DNA of 64,000 nucleotides from an uncultured Caulobacter sp. (lineage in GTDB: Bacteria; Pseudomonadota; Alphaproteobacteria; Caulobacterales; Caulobacteraceae): NCBI GenBank assembly GCA_964579695.1, contig CAZOHI010000003.1:11384-75383 (forward strand), in the 5' to 3' direction. The translations under genes and the position numbers were made by a program. This document shows, in pieces, positions 20,095 through 28,533 of this stretch. Each line of letters begins with the position of its first letter. Position 1 is the first letter of the stretch. The notes under the pieces are model-generated. The model was given only the letters and a program-made list of their open reading frames with translations. It was not told where the DNA came from and did no database searches.

Positions 20095-21045
20095 CTAAGC
20101 CTCCTGTTCCACAGTCAAGTCGTGGAAGGCTTCCCGGATAGACAGCGCGCGGCGGGGCCAGGTGGCCAGCTCTTCATCGATGTCGAGCCGGAGCTTCTTG
20201 AGCAGGAATGTCCCGGGCTTTTGGCGGATCTGATACAGCTTAACCTTTCGGTGGCGAGGCTCCAGCGCCCGCGCCACGGTGTAGGCAGCCGCGGCCGGGC
20301 ACCGCAGGCCGAACACGACCTCCTCGAGCTCAAGGGGCGAATCCTGTAGTCCGCGCTCACCGATCAGCCGCCATTCCCGCTCGTATCGCCAGTCCCCGGC
20401 CTTCTTGAGCAGGACCGCGGCATCGACCTTCTCTGCGGCACCGGCCTCGTTTGCCAGCATCGCGGCGACCAAGCTGGCCTTGACTGTGAGCGTCCCGCCA
20501 TAGCGAACTTTGTTCAGCTTCAGGTCGTCCGGTGCCGAATAGCCAAAGCAAACGCCACGATGCTGGTCGCCGTAGTGACTCCACATCAGCGGACAATTGG
20601 GGCGTTCGGCCAGGGAAACAACGCCGCGGTCGTAGCGGCGCAGTAGTTCGCGCTCGACCTCATGGCCAAGCACCATCTGGAGCGGATCATTCGCCTCGAT
20701 ATCCGGGTGGGTGGACCAGTAACGGGCCTCCTCGATCGCCCGTTCGGCGCTGCGACGGGCCACCCGTGAGATGTGCTCGCTGGCGCGCGCGCCTTTGGTG
20801 CGGAAGTCTCGGGCGGCCGCAGTCATTTCGTCCGTGACACGGCGTTCCACCAGAGTTCGCAGCATCTGCTCCAAGTCCTCAGCCGGCAGATCCGCGTCGA
20901 GGCTTGGCTGGCTATCCAGGGGATCATTGAACGTCGAGGGATCAGCGTAGAACAGCTCGTCCTCGATAAGACTCCTGAGGCTCTGAACGCTGAAGTGCCG
21001 GTACTTGTAGACTCGCGCTGGCGCGATCTTCCTCTTCTTCGCCAT
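20095..21045 (-). CDS. DUF2971 domain protein
   Basis: YKYR, FADPSTFNDPLD, LMWSHYGDQHRGVC, K..DWRYEREWR; start reassigned to ATG 21045. Confidence 0.85.
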   Translation of the reverse strand: MAKKRKIAPARVYKYRHFSVQSLRSLIEDELFYADPSTFNDPLDSQPSLDADLPAEDLEQMLRTLVERRVTDEMTAAARDFRTKGARASEHISRVARRSAERAIEEARYWSTHPDIEANDPLQMVLGHEVERELLRRYDRGVVSLAERPNCPLMWSHYGDQHRGVCFGYSAPDDLKLNKVRYGGTLTVKASLVAAMLANEAGAAEKVDAAVLLKKAGDWRYEREWRLIGERGLQDSPLELEEVVFGLRCPAAAAYTVARALEPRHRKVKLYQIRQKPGTFLLKKLRLDIDEELATWPRRALSIREAFHDLTVEQEA

Positions 21046-21216
21046 CCTCTGCCCCCGCCGCCTGGTCGCGGTCAGGCTAAAGGCGCGCGACTGAAAGGTC
21101 ACGCCGATGCAAGCCGGGTCGTCCAAGCGGCTCTGTTCCAGGTTATGGACGCGTCATGCGCCGGCTGGTGAACCGCTACGAGGAACTGACGCTAAACGCC
21201 CGCTCGGCGCTGGCCC

Positions 21217-21801
21217 TCAGCTGCCTGCGTCGGAAGTTCGAAACCGGGCCGGGATGCTCAGGCACGACCGGGCACGGTCGCCGATGAGACTTACGATGGC
21301 GACGGCATGCCCATCCGGCACTCGCATTCGGGCATCGGTCAACGCTGCGAACACAGCGTCGGCGAGCTCTGCAGAACTGAAAGCGCTACGCAGGTCAGGT
21401 CCCAACAACAGATCGCAGGTGGAGCGGACGTCCAAGGCCGCGAACCGGCGGGCCGCTAGGCTCGTGGCCTTGCGCTCGTCAATGACGGCGCACCCGCCCA
21501 ACCGGGCCGCGCAGGCCAACGTCGCAGCCTCGCCGTCGTCGAGGGTTTCCGACGCAGGCCCAGCCACTAAGGAGAGGAACAGCGCCTCGTCTTCTACCCC
21601 GAGGCGGACGACCTGCATCAGCCCCATATGCAACAGCGCGGCGACCTCGTCCGCAGCCCGCCGCCCCTTTGGACGACCGCGCTCCAGCTCACCCAGCGCG
21701 ACATCCGTGATCGCCAGCGGCCGCGGAAGGGCCTTCAGAATCCGATGGGCCTCGCCGGTGGCGGTCAAGTTGATCCAAACGCTGGCGTCCGCAACCATCA
21801 T
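21217..21801 (-). CDS. PIN-domain protein (putative ribonuclease toxin)
   Basis: VADASVWINL, ELERG, LDDGEAATL, AVIDERKA give the PIN acidic residue pattern. Confidence 0.8.
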   Translation of the reverse strand: MMVADASVWINLTATGEAHRILKALPRPLAITDVALGELERGRPKGRRAADEVAALLHMGLMQVVRLGVEDEALFLSLVAGPASETLDDGEAATLACAARLGGCAVIDERKATSLAARRFAALDVRSTCDLLLGPDLRSAFSSAELADAVFAALTDARMRVPDGHAVAIVSLIGDRARSCLSIPARFRTSDAGS

Positions 21802-21811
21802 CCAGGCTGTC

Positions 21812-22984
21812 TCAACCCATCAACCGCGGAGAGTCTTCACGGCCAACGCCCTCGTCCTCGTAGGCGTCGATCAGTTCGCGCACCTCGACGCGGTCGAGCT
21901 GCAGCAAGCGTGCGATCTGGCCTTCAGAGAGCAGGTCCTTAGCCCAAGCTTCGCCGACCAGTAGCGCCACTCGCATGGACACTGGCCGGGCGGCGTCAGC
22001 GCGCGCGGTGTCCCTACCAGCCGCTTCGCCCAGCACCTGCGCCGCTTGCTGGTCAGTGATCCCGCCAGTATTCTCGAACCAGTCCCAAGTGCCTGACTTG
22101 GTCAGCCCAAGCTCTTCCAGCCGCCGCGCCATCGCCTCACGCGACACGCCAAATGCGTGGGCCAAGAGGATAATGTGCCGGCGGGTCAGCTGGGTAGCGC
22201 CGGCGGTGATCTCCTTGAACATGGCCATTACGGCGCGGGCCGGGGTGAGGAACGCCCGGGCGAAGGCGATGGCGTAACGCTCCTCACGGCTAGTCTCGGG
22301 AGACCCTGCGTGCAGCGCATCCGGTGCCCGACGGGTCGAGGTGAAGTGTCCAAGTTCATGGGCGCAGGTTTGTGCCCGCCGGTCCTTCGGGTGAGCCGCG
22401 TTCAAGAGAATGCAGGCGCCGGCCCGATCGTCGAAGGCGTAGAGCCCCGAGATCTTTGCCGGTAGGCGACGCACAAACACTCGGGCTCCGAGCTGCAGCT
22501 CAAGCACGGACATCATGTCATGGACCGGCGCCATGCCGATCCCGAGCCACTGGCGCAGCTCGATCGCGTCCTGTTCGGCCTGCACGGCCACATTGCCCGG
22601 CAGCAGGGGCCGCTCCGGCGGGTCGTTGCGCACCCGTTGCACCCCCAGAAGGTCCTCCAGTTCCAATTCGGCTTGGACGAGCGTGGTCAGAAGGGCGACG
22701 GCAGCTTCGACATCCACATCAGCCTCGCCCGCCCGTCGGAACCGCGGCTTCAGGTCGATTTGCACGGCCTCACGCCGCAGCAGGCTGTTGACTGACACGG
22801 CGTACAGCGCGGCGAACCTCTGCAGCTCCTCAAGCCGAGGCTTGCGCTGACCTTGCTCGATCGCAACCACGGTTGTCCTAGCGACCTGCAGCGCCGCGGC
22901 GGCAGCAGCTTGGGTGACCCTCGCCGATTCCCGAGCAACCCTTAGCCGGTCGCCGATCTCGACGGCGGTGAGTTCCTCGCTCAT
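21812..22984 (-). CDS. XRE HTH + ImmA/IrrE Zn-metallopeptidase fusion
   Basis: N-terminal HTH (RLRVARESARVTQAAAA…IEQGQR); HELGH zincin motif, EERYAIAFA; start MSEELT at 22984 overlaps the QueC stop. Confidence 0.9.
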   Translation of the reverse strand: MSEELTAVEIGDRLRVARESARVTQAAAAAALQVARTTVVAIEQGQRKPRLEELQRFAALYAVSVNSLLRREAVQIDLKPRFRRAGEADVDVEAAVALLTTLVQAELELEDLLGVQRVRNDPPERPLLPGNVAVQAEQDAIELRQWLGIGMAPVHDMMSVLELQLGARVFVRRLPAKISGLYAFDDRAGACILLNAAHPKDRRAQTCAHELGHFTSTRRAPDALHAGSPETSREERYAIAFARAFLTPARAVMAMFKEITAGATQLTRRHIILLAHAFGVSREAMARRLEELGLTKSGTWDWFENTGGITDQQAAQVLGEAAGRDTARADAARPVSMRVALLVGEAWAKDLLSEGQIARLLQLDRVEVRELIDAYEDEGVGREDSPRLMG

Positions 22985-24357
22985 GGCCTTGCACTGGCAA
23001 GGCGTGCGACGAAGGAGTCCGGTCCCAATGACTTGCGGAACACACGCCACTCGGCGGCATGCCGGCCCAACATTTCACGCAACTGATGCTCCACCACCGC
23101 CGGGTCTCCGTCCAATGCTTCCGCGGTCTCGCGTGCAGCGCGGCGAAGGGACCGCGCGTGTAGCGGCGATTCTGCGAACTCAGCCAAGTGGTCCATGTGC
23201 AGAACTCCGGCCACGGCGTAGGCGCGCAGCTTGGAGGTGAGGCCATTGAATCCCTTGGCCACGCCGTCCTCCAGGCGGTTGGCGGAGAGGTTCTCCCAGA
23301 TGTAGGTTTCGGCCGGCTCGTCGATCCCGGCGGTGAACATGCTCATCCGCCGGAGCATGCAAGCCGCGCAGATGCCGCACTGGCGCCGTCGCCCATTGAC
23401 CGAGCAATGGCGCGACTGTTGCCAACAAGATCGGGTGTCAGTCCAAGTCGGCACAGCCTGGAGCGCTCGCGCGGCGTGCAACGTCTCGCCTTTGGTGCTC
23501 CAGAGCCGCGGATATTCGTAACGGACATCCTTGTCACTAATGGCGTGCAGCAGACGTTCCATGCGCCGCGAGAATGTCGGATGGACGCGGTAGTCGGGAT
23601 AGATCTGCCCGCTGACCGCCAGCATCGGGCCGAACGCACCTTGCCCACTCTCGGTTACCATGATGCGCGAAACTCCGGCCATCAAGGCCGCGATGCCGGT
23701 CACGGCGGCGAACTTGAAGCCGCGCGAGCGGGCCGAGGTCTCGCCTTGCCGTGGGCGCTTGAGCTTGTACGGGACGACGGCGAAGGGGACGCGCTTCTTC
23801 TTGCTGCGGGGTCGATCGACCCCGCCGACGCCCAGACGCACGGCCACAAGGCCGCCAGCACCTTCGTCGGCGGCGACCAGGGCACGAACAGCGCGGGAAT
23901 CCAGGCCATCGCTGTAGGGCATGATTACCCGCGCGCCGGACTCGAGGCTAAGGCTACCCTGGGCGACCCGCGGGACGTCCCGCCGCCGCTGCGCAAAGCT
24001 GAAGACCCAGACGTCGCCGGTCAGATAGCCTAAGGCCTCCTCCAGCGCCGCGCGCACGTTCGGACGGTTCCAGAGCACCGGGTCATGGACGGCGATCCGC
24101 ACATCGAACCGCCGGCTCCAGCTGTATTCCGGTCGGCGCCGGGTGACATCGCAGAACTCGGCCGCCGCTGCGATAACCAGCAAGTCGACCAGCGCCGGGT
24201 TCCAGTCAGCAAAGAAATAGGATTCCAGACCTTGAGTATCGAGCTGCAGCACCTCGCCGATCGTTGCGTAGATCGCGCCGTCGCGCATCACCGCGCCTGG
24301 TTCTAGGGCATCGAGGGTCAGGCTCGGCATTTCGATGTTCAGACTAATGGCGTTCAT
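22981..24357 (-). CDS. QueC-like (QatC-like) PP-loop ATPase with an N-terminal extension domain
   Basis: PP-loop variant PYSDGLDS; SRGFKF; Zn-site SCW…CGICAACMLRR; N-terminal DLLVIAAA…WSRRFDVRIAV.DP..W…LGYLTGD.W.F as in QatC-type proteins. Confidence 0.85.
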   Translation of the reverse strand: MNAISLNIEMPSLTLDALEPGAVMRDGAIYATIGEVLQLDTQGLESYFFADWNPALVDLLVIAAAAEFCDVTRRRPEYSWSRRFDVRIAVHDPVLWNRPNVRAALEEALGYLTGDVWVFSFAQRRRDVPRVAQGSLSLESGARVIMPYSDGLDSRAVRALVAADEGAGGLVAVRLGVGGVDRPRSKKKRVPFAVVPYKLKRPRQGETSARSRGFKFAAVTGIAALMAGVSRIMVTESGQGAFGPMLAVSGQIYPDYRVHPTFSRRMERLLHAISDKDVRYEYPRLWSTKGETLHAARALQAVPTWTDTRSCWQQSRHCSVNGRRRQCGICAACMLRRMSMFTAGIDEPAETYIWENLSANRLEDGVAKGFNGLTSKLRAYAVAGVLHMDHLAEFAESPLHARSLRRAARETAEALDGDPAVVEHQLREMLGRHAAEWRVFRKSLGPDSFVARLASARP

Positions 24358-24917
24358 AGCGGCGGCCCCTCGTCCAACCCAGAGCGATTGACCTTCAGCG
24401 CCAGGCGGCGGACGCCCTCACCGGCAGCGATCCCGGCCGCCAGTCGATCGGTGCCGATGCTGGGGATGGCGCTGTGCAGCTTAGTCCGAAGCCGGCCGGC
24501 ATCCGGCGAGCCTTCGCCCAGGTAGTGCTCCTCCATCTGCCGTGACCGGTGCAGGGCGCGCTCATCGAGGGTCGCCTTGATGGCCGCCTCATAGGCGGCC
24601 GGCCCAACCTGACCGTCACGGGCGACGTCGCGGGCCTGCGCCGCGAACAGGGCTTCCACCGGATTCTGTGCCAAAACCTGCAAGCGCCGGGTTTCGGCCG
24701 CGGCCACTTCAGGAAACAGGTTGCCGCGGTTGTCGTCGCCGAGCGCTGCGCGGATCTCCTTGGCGAACGCAGGCCGGATCGCTCCCCATTCGTCGAGCAG
24801 CGCGGGCTGAAACGCCTCCGCCGTTTCGACCACCGAGTGCGCGAGGTTCGCGGCGATCTTGGCCAGCGCCTTCCAGGGCCGGCTCATCTTCATGGTCTTG
24901 TACGGTCCGTCGCTCAT
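24354..24917 (-). CDS. Hypothetical protein, first gene of the QueC operon
   Basis: 187 aa starting MSDGPYK; GGAGG RBS upstream; ATGA overlap with the QueC-like gene. Confidence 0.75.
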   Translation of the reverse strand: MSDGPYKTMKMSRPWKALAKIAANLAHSVVETAEAFQPALLDEWGAIRPAFAKEIRAALGDDNRGNLFPEVAAAETRRLQVLAQNPVEALFAAQARDVARDGQVGPAAYEAAIKATLDERALHRSRQMEEHYLGEGSPDAGRLRTKLHSAIPSIGTDRLAAGIAAGEGVRRLALKVNRSGLDEGPPL

Positions 24918-25318
24918 GGGGGCCCGCCTCCGATGTCGGAACGCTGGCCGAGTCGGTTGGAAATGTCAAATTGGTGTCGTGTGGATGCTGACAATGTCAG
25001 GCACCTTGGCGCTTGCGTTCAGCGCCTATCGAGGCGGCGCAAGCATGTCATCCGATGCCGTTCGCCCCGAGCGCTCACCGCCCCAGATCACATCCTAGGG
25101 CTGTTCGGCAGCTTGAGGTCGGTTAAGCTTGGGCATGGACGCCGCTACAAACTTCACCGAGGACAGACACATGGAGGCAGAGGCGAGTGACGAACTCCCG
25201 CGGCTCCCCTTGGTGATCTTCGAGCACCCAGCCCGGGAAGATTATGACCCACGTGCCTTAGAACGTGGTGCGGGCAGTGGGGCCGTAGTGTGCTTGCGCT
25301 CGACACAGGTCAGGCTCG

Positions 25319-27841
25319 TTGGCTGAAGCTCTACTACCGCAAGATATCATTGACGGCGCCGCCGTTCGCGATCGGCCGAACCTATTCGTGATCGGTTGCT
25401 ACGACCGACGCATCACCTTTTACTCGCAGCAAGTGAGGGCGCTCTCGCTTATTCATGCCCTCAAGGACCTCGGTTACCTCAATGCCGCTCCGCGCATCGC
25501 GGTAGTCGGAGGCGGAGCGGCAGGGATCACGGCCGCGGCGGCGGCGGCGCTTGTGTCGAATTGCAGGGTGACGCTGTTCGAGACGGCAAGTGAGCTGCTG
25601 TCGCTGCAATCGACCACCGCACGGCGACGCCTCGACCCACACATCTACGACTGGCCCGCGCACGACACGACCGACCCGATCGCAGATCTGCCAATCCTAG
25701 ATTGGGAATCGGGGACATGTCTGTCGGTGCGCGACGATGTCCTGCTCGGGTTCGAGCACATCGCCCTTCGCCTCGCGCCGCGACTGCAGAAACGCACGAG
25801 GCATAAGGTCACCGGCCTTGCCGTGGCAGCCGATGGGTACGACGTTGGCTTCGTCAATCTAGATGCGCCGCTGCCGGATCCCGGGCAGGAGCCGACCGAG
25901 CGGTTCAACATCGTATTGTTGGCAGTCGGCTTCGGCCTCGAGCCGGAGGAACCGGTGCAGAATATTCAGAGCGCAAGCTATTGGTCCGACGCTGGCGTGC
26001 CCGTTGCCGAATTCCAAGGCCGCCCGACGCCGCGGTTCTTTATCAGCGGCGCCGGGGATGGGGGTTTGATCGACCTTGTGGCGGCCGGTGCGAATGACTT
26101 CGACCATGCCAGCATGATCTCCATGATTTCGCAGCATCCCGGAGTCGCCGAACTCTCGGCACGACTCGTGGCGATCGATGTCGAGGCCCGTGCCGCCGAC
26201 GCTGCCGGCGCGCGGTTCGACTTCATGTCCGCCTACGACGCGCAACTGCTCGACCCGCTGACCGCCATCGGATTGCTCGCGGCCGTCGCCCAGCAACTGC
26301 GCCCCGGCGTGCAGCTGACCTTGCAGACGCAGCACGCCGAGCTGTTTGAGGTGTCCACCTCGATGCTTAATCGCCTGGCTGCCTATCTGACCATCAAGGC
26401 GTGCGAAGGCGACGCGCAGAGATCGTTCCGGCATCTCCAATGCGGCACAGTTGCGCGGGTCGATGCACCCGACTCTGCGCCCGAAAGCCCCGCTGCGTTC
26501 TGGCTCGACTGTGGTGGTGAAACGGTCGCGGCTGATGCGGTAATTGTTCGTCGTGGGCCCTTGCGCGCGGTCGTCCGGGTACCGTTTGGCGATCATCTGG
26601 CAGATTACGAGGATACGCATAAGGACTGGCTCGCCCGTCACGGCGACGCTACGCTGGTTCCCAAGTTGTCAGGGCACGCGCGGACCCTGTTCCAGGAGGC
26701 GGCGCGCAATGCCGATATCCCGCTCGCGCCGCGCTGGCAGCGGCTCGCTGCGCAGCAATTGCCGGTTTCGGTTCAGATTCGCCGTCATGCCGACCACGTG
26801 CGGTGGTCAGGCGCGATGGCGGCGGACCAACTCGTCAGAGCTTGGAGCGAAGACCAAGCGTTCGACATTATCCTGCCCGACGCACCGGGCGATCTGGGGG
26901 CCGCCGCCGGCGCTATCCTGCGCGTCGCATGTCATAGCCGCGTCGGCCGCCTGCACGCCTCACCGGCCTTGTGGACGCAGCATGTGCGTGCCCTCAGTCT
27001 CGACTCACTGCACGCCGAGGGCATGGCGATGCCGAAGATCGTCGGCGGAAATCCGGGGGGGGCCGCGCAACACCCCGAGGAGGTGGCGGCTGATATCCTC
27101 GCCAGGCGAATCCATCGCTCGCTCGACGCTTGGTTGCTGGGCCGGCTCAACGCGCATCTCCAGCCCTTTTTCGCTAGCAACGCAGATCCCGGCCGCCACA
27201 TTGGGCTGACGGTCGGAAATGACCTGCGCGTTGCGATGGCTGCGACCTGGGCCAACTGGCGAGCATCGTTCGCCGACGATCCCGCGCTGCTCAATCATTT
27301 CCTGAGATTGATGATCTGCGCAGTCGATGATGAAGACAGTCGCGACGCTGCGCAGGTATTGGTCGGACCGACCAAGTGGAAGGAAATCGTCCGGGGCACG
27401 GCCGTCGCGCTGGCGATTGCGGCGGCTTGGCAGACGACTTCGCAGACGACTTCGCCCAAGGGGGCGGGTCCAGGCAATCTCGTTCGCGAGCGCGACGGGG
27501 ACAGCGCCTGGGCTGGTCACGGGTGCGCGGCGGATCTGATCAACGGCAGCGATATGTCGTTGTGTGCCGCTTCCTATATGTGGCGGACCCAATTTGTCAT
27601 CCTCATCGTCAAGGGCACGATCGAGGTCGCACGTTTCGCCGAAAAGGCCTTTGCGCAGATCGAATCCGATCAACCCGCGCTCAGCGAGACCGACGGCGGC
27701 GGCCCGGTGATCATGTCTATCAGCCGCGAGTTTTCAGATGCGGTTGCGGCTGGTTTGACAGAGCTGCGCGCCTTGTTGGCGGCCGTCGAGGCCCGGCATT
27801 TCGAGGTCTTGGACAAAGCAATCGTGAAGGGCGCGGCATGA
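25319..27841 (+). CDS. lmuA: Lamassu/ABC-three-component effector with an FAD/NAD(P)-dependent oxidoreductase (FMO-like) domain
   Basis: Rossmann motifs VVGGGAAG, VLLAVGFG and ISGAGDGGL; first of three translationally coupled genes ending in an SMC-like ATPase. TTG start is uncertain. Confidence 0.78.
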   Translation: MAEALLPQDIIDGAAVRDRPNLFVIGCYDRRITFYSQQVRALSLIHALKDLGYLNAAPRIAVVGGGAAGITAAAAAALVSNCRVTLFETASELLSLQSTTARRRLDPHIYDWPAHDTTDPIADLPILDWESGTCLSVRDDVLLGFEHIALRLAPRLQKRTRHKVTGLAVAADGYDVGFVNLDAPLPDPGQEPTERFNIVLLAVGFGLEPEEPVQNIQSASYWSDAGVPVAEFQGRPTPRFFISGAGDGGLIDLVAAGANDFDHASMISMISQHPGVAELSARLVAIDVEARAADAAGARFDFMSAYDAQLLDPLTAIGLLAAVAQQLRPGVQLTLQTQHAELFEVSTSMLNRLAAYLTIKACEGDAQRSFRHLQCGTVARVDAPDSAPESPAAFWLDCGGETVAADAVIVRRGPLRAVVRVPFGDHLADYEDTHKDWLARHGDATLVPKLSGHARTLFQEAARNADIPLAPRWQRLAAQQLPVSVQIRRHADHVRWSGAMAADQLVRAWSEDQAFDIILPDAPGDLGAAAGAILRVACHSRVGRLHASPALWTQHVRALSLDSLHAEGMAMPKIVGGNPGGAAQHPEEVAADILARRIHRSLDAWLLGRLNAHLQPFFASNADPGRHIGLTVGNDLRVAMAATWANWRASFADDPALLNHFLRLMICAVDDEDSRDAAQVLVGPTKWKEIVRGTAVALAIAAAWQTTSQTTSPKGAGPGNLVRERDGDSAWAGHGCAADLINGSDMSLCAASYMWRTQFVILIVKGTIEVARFAEKAFAQIESDQPALSETDGGGPVIMSISREFSDAVAAGLTELRALLAAVEARHFEVLDKAIVKGAA

Positions 27842-28533
27842 CCGATGGTTCGACCCTGTCATTTGGCCTGGCTGACTTTGCCGAGCGCCTGCGCAAGGCC
27901 GCGGGTGTCCTCGACCTCACCGTGGAGGAGCGTCCGGAACTGGCGAGTTCGACGTTCAACGGTGGCTCAAGCAAATCCACGTCATTAAGTCCGAGCGACC
28001 TTCCGGCTGAATGCCATGCCATTCGCATTGATCGGTTCAACATCGTGCTCAGCGTGCTTCCCGAGATCGCAACGCTCGAGGCGGTGCGCGAGACCTTGCG
28101 GCGTTGCCGCAACCAGTGCGTCGTCGCGCGCTCCTATCTTGGCACCAATGAAACACTTGACCTGCAGCTGATGCTGTTGGGGCCGCGCGCGAGTGAGCGT
28201 CAGGAAGCCTGGCGCGCGTTGGCTCTGATGGTCGAGCGAGACGATCGAGTGGCGCGCAAGCTGGCCTGGCTGCGCCCCGAGGACAAGCAGCGGGATGAGG
28301 AAAGCTTCGCCGACTTCCTCAAGCGGACGTTCCTCGCCCGACCGTGGATTCACGACGAGGGCAAATTCGAAGACGCGGCCCTCGATGAACTGAGCGGCAG
28401 CGGCGCGCCGAAGTCCGGATTGCCGCGAACACTGGCGGACGATTGGGAGCGGACAGCGCTCGACGAGAAGAAATCACCGGATGATATTGTCACGGCGCTG
28501 GTAAAGGCCTGGGAACGAAGAGGCCAAGCATGA
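27838..28533 (+). CDS. lmuC: Lamassu/ABC-3C middle component
   Basis: 231 aa between effector and ATPase, ATGA overlaps on both sides; ERDDRVARKLAW motif typical of ABC-3C middle components. Confidence 0.7.
   Translation: MTDGSTLSFGLADFAERLRKAAGVLDLTVEERPELASSTFNGGSSKSTSLSPSDLPAECHAIRIDRFNIVLSVLPEIATLEAVRETLRRCRNQCVVARSYLGTNETLDLQLMLLGPRASERQEAWRALALMVERDDRVARKLAWLRPEDKQRDEESFADFLKRTFLARPWIHDEGKFEDAALDELSGSGAPKSGLPRTLADDWERTALDEKKSPDDIVTALVKAWERRGQA

Noticed and set aside
17851-21240. Additional weak matches to the cassette motif (GCGGACCTC at 17851, AACTGACGCT at 21184, CGGAAGTT at 21231)
   Set aside because: Too degenerate, in the wrong orientation, or inside coding sequence; not counted as support.
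21217-24917. Calling the QueC operon type IV CBASS, complete QatABCD, a Dpd system or housekeeping queuosine synthesis
   Set aside because: No CD-NTase, TGT/DpdA, KAP NTPase, TatD, QueD or QueE in the window; the N-terminal extension and context differ from housekeeping QueC.
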